Virus record (IMG/VR): IMGVR_UViG_3300009826_000020
Location: 19,019 to 83,018 of that record
Length of the DNA stretch: 64,000 nt
Source of the DNA: a virus
Taxonomy: Duplodnaviria > Caudoviricetes
Direction: 5' to 3' (one strand)
The position numbers and the translations under genes were made by a program. The notes below the pieces were generated by a model. The model did not search any database, was not told where the DNA came from, and saw only the letters and a list, made by a program, of their open reading frames with translations. Of the stretch, positions 19,267 to 28,293 are shown one piece after another. Positions within the stretch are counted from its first letter, which is position 1, and the number at the start of each line of letters is the position of its first letter.

Positions 19267-20040
19267 ATCCCCGCTTTTCCATCCTCGATCAAGGTTTTCC
19301 AGACGTTCCAGAATTACACTGATATCATCTGGGCGATCAGTATCAACGAATGTCATGATGAGATCGTCGCCCTTGAGTCAATCCTGGGCGTCAATCCTTT
19401 CATCGGCACACCCTATACGACCTTCAGTGGTGCCATTCAGGATCTATACGCCAACAAGGCTCCCGCCAACCACACCCACATTCACTCCAACCTGTTGGAC
19501 GACAACATAGGGAATGACCATCCTCAGTACATCATGGCGAGCGGGTACCCAGGCTTCAGTGCGCCCGTGGTGGGCGTGGCGGGTGGTAATGCAGCCAACC
19601 TGGTGACCCTGGCCCAGGTGCAGGGCTTCGGCTATGTCAACGAGGCCACGGTGCGCTCCATTGCCACCAGCATGATCAACAGTGCCGAGGGTGGCCTGAT
19701 GGTTGGGGCCTGGGGCACTCAGCCCTTGATAGGGGTCGCCCCCAACCCCAGTTGGACGATCCAGGGCGGGGTCTACTCAGCCTGTACAGACGCCAGTGGC
19801 CGGATAACGATCCCCTTCAACCCCCATTATTCGCATTGTGTGCAGTCCGTCTCTGTCACGAAAATGCCTGCAACGCCCCAGGCAGGTGGCCATTATCCAT
19901 GCCCACCATATGACTGGATCGAGTCCCAGGTCACCCTTCTTGGCGCATCAGGTACGGGAGCCGTTGTCCAATTCTCCCATGACTACAGTTGGCAACCCGG
20001 TATGTGGGTGACAATCATGTACATGGCTATGGGGAATTAG
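19267..20040 (+). CDS. tail/baseplate protein; apparent start is ATC (track starts at TTG 19495)
   Basis: frame open from 19267; aligns by eye with 20041-21318 (EIVALESILG vs EIVSLETVIG, HTHIH vs HNHVH, DHPQY vs DHPIY). Confidence 0.8.
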   Translation: MPAFPSSIKVFQTFQNYTDIIWAISINECHDEIVALESILGVNPFIGTPYTTFSGAIQDLYANKAPANHTHIHSNLLDDNIGNDHPQYIMASGYPGFSAPVVGVAGGNAANLVTLAQVQGFGYVNEATVRSIATSMINSAEGGLMVGAWGTQPLIGVAPNPSWTIQGGVYSACTDASGRITIPFNPHYSHCVQSVSVTKMPATPQAGGHYPCPPYDWIESQVTLLGASGTGAVVQFSHDYSWQPGMWVTIMYMAMGN

Positions 20041-21318
20041 ATGTCCGACGTACCGGATATGCCGGTAACTGACCGAGGTGAGATCCCACCGGTAGTTGCT
20101 AGTCGGCGTTATCCGCAGGCCATACGTAATTTTGTCACCTACCTTGATCAGCCCGGTGGACCGGATCGGTTCCTGGTCACCGCCAATACCCAAGGCGGCG
20201 GGACCACCACCACCGACGTCACCCTTGACGCCGCCGCCGTCACTCGTGATGTGCAGACTGAGATAGTCAGCCTGGAGACGGTTATCGGTATACGGCCTTG
20301 GACTGTGCCCGGGACGGTCGATATCGGTGGTTCAATCAGGTGGCTGTACAACAATAAGGCTGCTGGTCGAGTCGATACTCGGAACGAAATACCTCCGGCT
20401 CCCCCGCCCTCGCACAACCATGTCCACGCCCAGTCGACAGGACTCAATGCCGATGATCACCCGATCTACATGCGGGTCGATGGCACGAGGCATTTCTCGG
20501 CTGCTGTGCTGGGCAAGAACGGCACCGCCGGTAATCATCTGTTGACACTCGGGCAGGTCCAGCCGGGTGGGCCGCTTGCTGGGCTGACCTCAAGTCAGGT
20601 GCAGGCCATCATTCAGGGTCTGATCAATGCCTCCTCGAACAACCCCTGCCGTGGGCCGGATTCCCGCCGATGGAAGATGGCTGGTGGGGTAGCACAGGGC
20701 TATACGGATGCCAACGGTAACCTGGCCTTCAGTATTGCGGCGGCTAAATTCAACGGGATCCTCAGTTTTCTCTTTATGAAGATGCCCCATGCGGGTACCA
20801 CGGCTGTCAACCTGAGCTTCACGCTTTCCGGTGATGTGCTCTTTGCCTTCGACAGTTCGGCCCTCTCGTCCGGTGCTGTGGCCGAACTGAACAGCATTGC
20901 CCTCACGCTGAGGAGTTCGCCCTCTGGGAGTGTGCATGTTGTCGGTCACACCGACTCGATAGGCACGTATGCCTACAACCTCGGCCTCTCGCAGCGACGG
21001 GCTGCCAGTGTGATGTCGTACTTTTCTGCCCATGTTGGCAATTCCCAGCTTCGGTATTCGAGTGAAGGGCGCAGTTATAGCGATCCTGTGGCCCCCAACA
21101 CTCTGCCCAACGGCGCAGATAATCCCGCCGGTCGAGCGCTGAACCGCCGTGTCGAGATCAGCTACGTGCCTGACGTTCGCTACGCTTATCAATACATGGA
21201 GGATCAGCTTCTGCTCACCTCCCTGACCAATAGCAGTGCAGTCGTCACCTTCATTGAGGATGTCAGGGTGGACAAGCAGGCTCTGGTCAGCCTCTGTTGG
21301 CTGGCACTGGGGATATAG
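20041..21318 (+). CDS. tail/baseplate protein with inserted OmpA-like peptidoglycan-binding domain
   Basis: paralogue of the previous gene; SGDVLFAFDS...VVGHTDSIG..YNLGLSQRRA...GRALNRRVEI at 20818-21165. Confidence 0.9.
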   Translation: MSDVPDMPVTDRGEIPPVVASRRYPQAIRNFVTYLDQPGGPDRFLVTANTQGGGTTTTDVTLDAAAVTRDVQTEIVSLETVIGIRPWTVPGTVDIGGSIRWLYNNKAAGRVDTRNEIPPAPPPSHNHVHAQSTGLNADDHPIYMRVDGTRHFSAAVLGKNGTAGNHLLTLGQVQPGGPLAGLTSSQVQAIIQGLINASSNNPCRGPDSRRWKMAGGVAQGYTDANGNLAFSIAAAKFNGILSFLFMKMPHAGTTAVNLSFTLSGDVLFAFDSSALSSGAVAELNSIALTLRSSPSGSVHVVGHTDSIGTYAYNLGLSQRRAASVMSYFSAHVGNSQLRYSSEGRSYSDPVAPNTLPNGADNPAGRALNRRVEISYVPDVRYAYQYMEDQLLLTSLTNSSAVVTFIEDVRVDKQALVSLCWLALGI

Positions 21319-21331
21319 GGAGGAGGACACG

Positions 21332-23460
21332 ATGGGCGTATATGGCCTGGATTTTACGGAGTAGGTCGCTTCGGGCGGGATCCCGCCCTTGAGCGGCCTG
21401 ACTTCTCTGTTCAGCCCTTCGCCACCATGCCTCTCAGCTATTCCAGCCTGTACCTGTCCTGGGTGAAGCCCGTATCCCCTGACTGCGTGACTCTGCGCCT
21501 GGTGCGTACCGGCCTGAACCTCTCCCAGAATCCCGGCGCTGATCCCGGCACTACCACGAATGCCGACGCAGGCTCGGATGGTTATGTGCTCTTCACCGAC
21601 ACCGTGGATCGGCTACCGAACTTTATTGATGTGGGTCTTGGTGGTGGGTTTTTCTATTACACGATGTGGGGTTGGTCCAACCAGGACCAGATCTGGATCC
21701 GCTGCTCCGATGTGATCGGCCTGGTGCCCCTCAACTGGAACTATGGCTGGCGGCTGTACATGCTCCTCCCCGAGGCCTACCGGGACCGTGACTGGGTCCT
21801 GGTGGATCACTACAACCCTCTGGCCCTGCCCCGGCAGAATGACTTCAGGCCCTACGAGGTGGAGAGTGGTGATTCGTGGCAGACACTCGCCTCCCACTAC
21901 GGCACCACGCCAGAGAGCCTGGCGTACATCAACGGTGAGGTGATCTCGACTCCTCTGACATTGGGTCAATCGATCCTGGTGCCCTGGCCGAATTCTCCTA
22001 ACCCGGATCCGCCCCTCAGGCGATTCCTGGGTCTGATCGGATTCCAGTTCGACTTCATCCGCACCGAGCTTGAATCGCTCATGAGCGTCAATGACGCCAT
22101 GCACTGCTCGGGTGCGCTCCTGCCTCTGATGGCTCAGCAGTATGCCCTGGTGCATGAGCCGGAGATCGGGATGCAGCAGGAGCGCACCTTGGTACAGAAC
22201 GCCGTGCATCTTTTCAAGCTGAAGGGCACTCCTCGGGGTATTACTGATTGGTGTTCGATCATGACGAGCTACCCCTTCTCCAGGTTGGTTCACCATGGCT
22301 ATAACTGTCTGCTATGCCTCGATGATTCGGCCTTTACAGACGGGATAGGTACCTGGCAGTCCTGGCCCCCGAGGGGGGCGAGCTTCGAGGAGGAAAAGGA
22401 GCGCACCTGGTTCGACCCGGACTGGTTCTGTAATCAGACCTTCGGGTATTACTTCGGCTCTGGTGGTGTGAATGTCGAGGTCACTGGATTCAAGTTGACC
22501 TGGATCCCTGATCTGCCTATGGCTGGGACCTCCAGCCCTCTGGGTGACATGTACCCTGATGGATTCCCTGTGTGGTCACCGGAATATCTCAATAGCGGTA
22601 TGAGCCTGTCTGCCGATGGCCCGGGTACGCTGGACACCTGCACTGCAGGCATCCCTATCACCGACTTCGTGTCGGAGACATACGGCCCTGGAAATGCCAC
22701 CTTTCGTGTAGGTGTCTGGTCGCCCACAGCCCGTCAGGTCAACCTCTCAATCTGGGCCGACGAAGGGTCTGACGAGCCGATCCTCATTGCGGAGCAGAAC
22801 TTCACCTCGGTGGCCGGTCACTGGTCGCTGTTCACTCTGACCACGCCCATCGATGTATATCCTGACCTGGACGGCCCTGCCCAGTACTACTGGCTCTATC
22901 CCCGTATTCGGATAATAAATGCCGCCGCTCATGAGGTACATTACGTCACGCTGGCTGCCCTCTGGCCCACAACCCCAAACCTGGTGGGTCTCAACACGCC
23001 TGAGTTTGACTATGCCCGTGACCTCAAGGTGAATCTTGAGCCGGTGGCTTCCAATCTTCTCGGTAATACCCTCACGAGTTTCGACCGTCTTAACCCTGAT
23101 GATGGCAGGCTACGGATCGGATTCGATGGCCTCTGTGCTGTTGCTGACCCTATTACGAAGGCTGGCCCGCAGACAGGGCAAATGGTCTACCGCCGCCAGA
23201 CTGTCGATGATGCCCCGAGTTCCCTGACCGTCAACGGAAATGCCGCTCTGCAGTTCAACGTGACTGCGCCTGGTGGCACGGTGTGGTTTGGCAGGATACC
23301 CTCCTGGTCGCCCGAACCCCCGACTCCTGATGGATGGTGGGATCCCAAGACCAGTGACTGGTACCCGGGTGCTGGACCTGGAGCCTCTGCTGCTAGGCCA
23401 TGGATGAGTGACACACTGGGCTGGTTCGCCATGCCCTTCCCGCCGGGAGTCAGCCTGTGA
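21332..23460 (+). CDS. tail protein I/gp7-like baseplate protein with LysM; N-terminus needs a -1 shift near 21352 (main ORF 21427-23460)
   Basis: GGAGGAGG RBS + MGVYGLDF|YGVGRFG; LysM at 21853-21984; LRRFLGLIGFQFD...LFKLKGT. Confidence 0.75.
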
Positions 23461-23711
23461 GCCAAATGGATTCAGAGTCATTTTTCTGGGTCAGGGGCAA
23501 GGTTGAAAAAGGCCCCCGAATGGTGGAGATGGATGGTGGTAGCGAGATGTGTATCGCCGCTACCACCCATGGAAATATACGCTTCGATTGGCCCAGACTC
23601 AGGGATTCAATGCAGGCCCTGATGGAGTCCGGTGCTGACCCTGCCATGGTTGGTGGTGTCGGGTACGCCGACAACGTCTGGCCATTGCGGCTATGGGGCG
23701 AGGACTCCTAG
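23457..23711 (+). CDS. possible small hypothetical protein
   Basis: GTGA overlap and fills the gap to the convergent gene; no recognisable motif. Confidence 0.35.
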   Translation: MSQMDSESFFWVRGKVEKGPRMVEMDGGSEMCIAATTHGNIRFDWPRLRDSMQALMESGADPAMVGGVGYADNVWPLRLWGEDS

Positions 23712-24331
23712 ACGTCGAAGAAGAATAGGTGAACCAGCCGAGGCCCATTCACATAGCTTGTCGCTGAGTGAATGAGGCTGGCGTCCCAGAGGACGAGCCG
23801 GTTATAGATCCCGGCGACCTGGTCGACTAGCTGCCAACTGTCAGGGTGCTCCAGGTTGTACGGGTCATATACTGACGCCTCAGCGTCCTTGATTGCCTCA
23901 GGCCCGTATTTCTCCAGCCGCCTGACCTCATATGGATGTGTGGGCTTACGACGAACGCCGTCAGCAATGTGTTGCCAGAAACTCGTCCCATCTTCTGGCC
24001 CGCCGTCAGGGTTCAGGTACACCGCCCCGGCATAATCCTGACCATCGTGGTGCCAGACGAGGTTGTCCTCTTGTGAGGTCTGCTGGAAGACACCGTTCAT
24101 CCCGTGTTCCAGCCAGGCCGTGATGGGTGTGCCGAGCAGCCGAGAGAATTCCTCACGTTGCCAGGGGAAGAGGAATCGCTCCTTTGAGCGCAAGCCCTTG
24201 AAGTAGTCGAGGTCTGAACCGTACTCCTGGGCGAGGGCGAATTCTCGTATGGCGTCTGGATCCTTGTAGAATTCGTCCACCACCAGGAGGCTTGGTGGTT
24301 GGGAATTGTGCTGTACCTCTTCTAGATCCAC
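23708..24331 (-). CDS. 2OG-Fe(II) oxygenase (DUF6445-like)
   Basis: VVDEFYKDPD.IREFAL, H-x-D (WHHD), YAGAVYL, GTSFW, YNRLVLWD...HSA, RL. Confidence 0.85.
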   Translation of the reverse strand: MDLEEVQHNSQPPSLLVVDEFYKDPDAIREFALAQEYGSDLDYFKGLRSKERFLFPWQREEFSRLLGTPITAWLEHGMNGVFQQTSQEDNLVWHHDGQDYAGAVYLNPDGGPEDGTSFWQHIADGVRRKPTHPYEVRRLEKYGPEAIKDAEASVYDPYNLEHPDSWQLVDQVAGIYNRLVLWDASLIHSATSYVNGPRLVHLFFFDV

Positions 24332-27156
24332 TTGCTACCGTCCCATACCTTGGCTGGTACCCATCCACCAGCCTGTTCCATGGTGGCCTCAGAGATGAAC
24401 CTGAAGTCTCTGATGATGAAATCGACCTCGCCGCCTATCGGGCCGGTCCCCCCTGGTCCTTGCCCGCCCGTCCCTGAGATCCACAGGTTCATGTCAACGC
24501 TGGGACCGTCATCACCGACATTGGCAATCGCCTGCCCGTCAGGGAATCCGTTCCAGGTGGCCCCAGAATAGCTGCGGGGCAACTGCGGGTTTGCCTTCCA
24601 GGTGGACGGGCTGCCGGTCGGAGAGGTCCAGGTAACCGAGCGTGGTGGTCCTGAGCGCCAATCGAACCAGTGCTTGGTGGGCAGTGGCGTGTCGGCCTCG
24701 GTGTACCGGAGATCGGCCCCATTGATGCTGGGTCCTGACCAGAAGTAGTCCCGCCACTCTGTATAGGCGGGATCGGGCACGATGCTCGGCCAGGAAGACC
24801 AGTGGCCGTTGGTGGGCTGTGGGTAGCTCCACCTGGCGAACTCAATGTCGATCTCTCGGTTGCAATAATCCCAGGAGTCACTGGAGCGAGAATCCCAGGT
24901 GAACAGTCCCACCACCACATTGAGGGGCACTGGATCAACCGGCGTGTCCAGTGTCCACTCGTACCTGCCGTAGCCGAAGTTGTTTTTGCTGATAATCTCG
25001 GCGCACTCCCAGCCATTACGGGAGGCGTTGTAGGCGATTTTCAGATGGAGCCGGTCCTGGCCGTCAATAAACACCATGTTGTTAGACCAGAAGTTGTTGC
25101 CGGGTCCGACCCTTTCCCCGCCAGCATTGCGCTTGACGTTCCACTCAATGCCCTTCCACATGAGGTTGGATGACCCACCATTACCGAAGAGGGCGTAATT
25201 GCGATCTGCTGCTGGTGTGCCATATTCACGTATACCGCTGATGTCTCCACCCCATCGCCGCAGATTTCCTGATGCCCACTTCGTGCCATCCCACGCCTTG
25301 ACCGGACCAGGAGGCAAAGCTTCTACGAATGGCCCACCACGGAGGTTGTCCCAGCGTGACGTGTTCTCGGACAGTTCAATGCCAATAGCACCCGTTGTCC
25401 AAGAGGTAGCTGGTGAACCGATATTGGCAGTGCTGATGACCTCCGTCCAATGGCCACCGCTCGGACGACGGCCCACGGCGAGGACATTGCCCCGCTTGGC
25501 AAACCAGAGCGAATCACCGCTAGCAATTCCCGGTGCGATTTCACCGGCCAGGTTGGTTCCCACACCGGCAACCTCACGGCTCAGATACCATTCTGTCCCA
25601 TACTGAGCGAGACGGAGGCCGGTCTGTTCCGAACCAGGGTTCTGCAACATTATCCAGAAGGAGAACTGGGCACCGCCAGGACTGGTCACGCAGTCGATCA
25701 ATACATCGCAGTCAGGCCCTTGCAATTCCTTGAAGGTGGGGCGCACGAAGCCCTGGTTCCAACCGCTGGCAGTTTGTCCAAGCGTGTTGCTGATAACCCG
25801 CAGACTGCCGGGATAGCCAGAGTTGATCCAGCCGCTGACCCAAATGGGCGCACCGTCCCCGGCGTCGAGGTTACCGTCAGTCCGGTTGAAATTATCGATC
25901 AGGTCTTCATGATCCGGTTCAGGTCCGGTAATAGCAAGAGGCCCGCCCCGAAGATCGTCCCACCGCTGGGTGGCGTCGGTTACCTGAAGACCGAAATACC
26001 CGTCAGCCGGGAGGTACAGATTCGATGTGGCGGTGAAGAGTTGTGTCCACTGCCCACTGGCTGGCTTGGCATAAGCAGTGAACACGTTCCCACGCTTGGA
26101 GAACCACAACTCCTCATTGGCAGTAATGCGGTGTGCGATGCCACCGATATAGGTCCACTGCGTGTAGTCGGTCCCCTCGATGAGGTACAGGAGGAGTTCG
26201 CCTTCATAAATCTGCCAGCCCCAGGTTTTCATGTTGCTGGTTTCGACGTTGTTCGCCAGCATGTACCAGGTGACTACATCGTCTGCTGCCTGATCCGGCG
26301 GTACAACGCATTTGACGATCAGGTCGCAGTTCTCTCCTTGGATTTTCTTCTTGGAAGTTGTGCTCTCCCAGTTCTGGCCGGTGGGGCTGCCGAGGGTATT
26401 GCCAATGACCTGGAAATCAGACGCCCAACTACCCCAAGCACTGTGACCGGTCCAGATGTCCGCTCCTGCACCGTCTTGTACTGGCCCGTTGGCCCGATTG
26501 AAGTCATCGATTAGCTCATCGTATTCCGGTGGGTCTACTGGGGGCGGCTGCTCCTCGGTGATCTCGATGGTGTGCGCCCGATAGGGCGAAGAGGAGAATC
26601 CGGTCACCGTGTCTGCTGCGGGGTTTGCTGCCAGTCCTGCCCTGGTGTGGACCGCCATGAGTGCCGAGGCCCCAGCAGGCTGGGCAATGCTGTTCGTCCA
26701 CCCTGAGGGAGGAGAGCCAGCGGTGTTGGCGTGTGCCGCCCCTCTGGTCACCACCCTGACGCCCATTGATGTCCCACCTGTGGTGGAGAGAGTCAGCGCT
26801 GGATAAATGGTGTTGGTCTGGTTGTTGGCATTTCCGCTTGAGGATCCACCGGTAGGAACAGCTAGGGTTCCGCCGTGACTGGAGCGCAGGACAAGAACGC
26901 AGATGTGGCTGGCGTTTGCTGAGGTGACGGTCCCATGATTCGAGGCCGTCGCTTTTGTCCACGCAGTGACCAAGGCGAGGGTGTTTGCTGCGCCGGTCTG
27001 GAGGCTCGTAAAGGTCAGCCCGGAAATAGTGGGGAGGCTGTTTGCCGTATTGTTCGCCCGCCGAGCCGTGACCAGGATCAGATCGCCAGCCTGATGGGCT
27101 GGCATAGCGACATTGGTGGCTGCTGCCGAAGCACTACTGGCAATCGTGATGGTCAT
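24322..27156 (-). CDS. tail fibre / receptor-binding protein with two ConA-like repeats and C-terminal GH16-like domain
   Basis: LIDDFNRANG and LIDNFNRTDG repeats; FGYGRYEW...GLFTW...EIDIEF (24841-24855). Confidence 0.85.
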   Translation of the reverse strand: MTITIASSASAAATNVAMPAHQAGDLILVTARRANNTANSLPTISGLTFTSLQTGAANTLALVTAWTKATASNHGTVTSANASHICVLVLRSSHGGTLAVPTGGSSSGNANNQTNTIYPALTLSTTGGTSMGVRVVTRGAAHANTAGSPPSGWTNSIAQPAGASALMAVHTRAGLAANPAADTVTGFSSSPYRAHTIEITEEQPPPVDPPEYDELIDDFNRANGPVQDGAGADIWTGHSAWGSWASDFQVIGNTLGSPTGQNWESTTSKKKIQGENCDLIVKCVVPPDQAADDVVTWYMLANNVETSNMKTWGWQIYEGELLLYLIEGTDYTQWTYIGGIAHRITANEELWFSKRGNVFTAYAKPASGQWTQLFTATSNLYLPADGYFGLQVTDATQRWDDLRGGPLAITGPEPDHEDLIDNFNRTDGNLDAGDGAPIWVSGWINSGYPGSLRVISNTLGQTASGWNQGFVRPTFKELQGPDCDVLIDCVTSPGGAQFSFWIMLQNPGSEQTGLRLAQYGTEWYLSREVAGVGTNLAGEIAPGIASGDSLWFAKRGNVLAVGRRPSGGHWTEVISTANIGSPATSWTTGAIGIELSENTSRWDNLRGGPFVEALPPGPVKAWDGTKWASGNLRRWGGDISGIREYGTPAADRNYALFGNGGSSNLMWKGIEWNVKRNAGGERVGPGNNFWSNNMVFIDGQDRLHLKIAYNASRNGWECAEIISKNNFGYGRYEWTLDTPVDPVPLNVVVGLFTWDSRSSDSWDYCNREIDIEFARWSYPQPTNGHWSSWPSIVPDPAYTEWRDYFWSGPSINGADLRYTEADTPLPTKHWFDWRSGPPRSVTWTSPTGSPSTWKANPQLPRSYSGATWNGFPDGQAIANVGDDGPSVDMNLWISGTGGQGPGGTGPIGGEVDFIIRDFRFISEATMEQAGGWVPAKVWDGSKWI

Positions 27157-28139
27157 GCTGTTGTCTCAAACCAGAGATCTCCAATACCTGGATTGTTGGG
27201 CTGGGCAGGGCCTACACTCATATTCGCACCGCCCCCTCCACCGGCTATCACCTGCTCCCATGCAGCACCATTCCAGAAGTGGAAAATCCCCCCCTCAGTC
27301 AAAGGAGGTGGTGGAGGTGCTGTCGATGTGGCAATGACCTCGAAGGACAATGCTCGCCAGGCAGAAGAGCCGCTGATGGCCACGGTGTCTGCTGTCAGAT
27401 CAGTGGTCAATCCTGCCCTGTAATGCACTGTCAGCAGAGCACCGGCACCAGCCGGTTGTACTAGGCGATTGTTCCATCCCGGCGGCGGGTCTGCCATTGC
27501 AGTGGCCGCTGTTGTCCTGATGGCTACCCGTACACCCATTGAACTGCCGTCTGTCTTTTGCAGGCTGAGTGCCGGATAGGTGACATCGGCAGCATTTCCG
27601 TTACCCTGTGAAGTCGCCCCGAGAGCCAAGGTTGCATCTGCTGCTCTGAGCGTGATGGCTGCCGTGTGGTTGGCGTTCGTCCAGGTTCCCGAGGTGAGAT
27701 TGGAACCGTTGGCGACGACATGGCCACTCTGGATACTCAGGCTGTCGGCACCTCCGTTGGGTCCCTGCTCCCAGGTGAGGTTGGGAGAACCGCCCCCAGT
27801 TGTATTCGGCTTGGTTGGTGGTGTGTTATTACCTGCTCGACGGGCGACGAGGATCACCAAGTCGCCTGCCTGAGCGGAGGGGAGCGTTGTCGGAGATAGA
27901 GCAGCACCGGCATTGGAAGATGATCCGGCGACGGTGATGGTGGGGATGACTGGCGACGGCGGGGGTGGTGGCTCTAGCCATAGTAGGAAATTATCACGGG
28001 GGTTTGGCGGATTTGTACCAACCCAGATCTGTTCTGCGCTGCCTCCACCTGGAGCGCCCTGAGCACCCTGAGGCCCCTGGTAAGCGAGATCCCGCCAGCC
28101 CGTGGAGGTGCGGATGCGTACCGCTCGTTGGTCACTCAA
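27153..28139 (-). CDS. tail fibre-associated protein
   Basis: short GPQG segment; central domain duplicated in the N-terminus of 24322-27156 (QAGDL..V.ARR, YPAL.L, MGVRV). Confidence 0.8.
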   Translation of the reverse strand: MSDQRAVRIRTSTGWRDLAYQGPQGAQGAPGGGSAEQIWVGTNPPNPRDNFLLWLEPPPPPSPVIPTITVAGSSSNAGAALSPTTLPSAQAGDLVILVARRAGNNTPPTKPNTTGGGSPNLTWEQGPNGGADSLSIQSGHVVANGSNLTSGTWTNANHTAAITLRAADATLALGATSQGNGNAADVTYPALSLQKTDGSSMGVRVAIRTTAATAMADPPPGWNNRLVQPAGAGALLTVHYRAGLTTDLTADTVAISGSSAWRALSFEVIATSTAPPPPPLTEGGIFHFWNGAAWEQVIAGGGGGANMSVGPAQPNNPGIGDLWFETTA

Positions 28140-28293
28140 AGTCTCTCTCCATTTTCCGCAGAATATCCGATTCGTATTGGAGTCGCTGCAACCGTTTCAA
28201 CTCTCGGCCTAGGCGTCGGAATGACAACCAGAGATCCACGTTAAGCCCTAGCAGAAATCCGAGCAGGACCAGTAGGACGTGGACGGCGGTCAT
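28132..28293 (-). CDS. 53-aa single-TM membrane protein
   Basis: MTAVHVLLVLLGFLLGLNVDLW + basic tail; ATGA overlap. Confidence 0.65.
   Translation of the reverse strand: MTAVHVLLVLLGFLLGLNVDLWLSFRRLGRELKRLQRLQYESDILRKMERDFE

Noticed and set aside
25450-26514. 354-aa plus-strand ORF
   Set aside because: Antisense to the 944-aa fibre; no motifs; expected at high GC3
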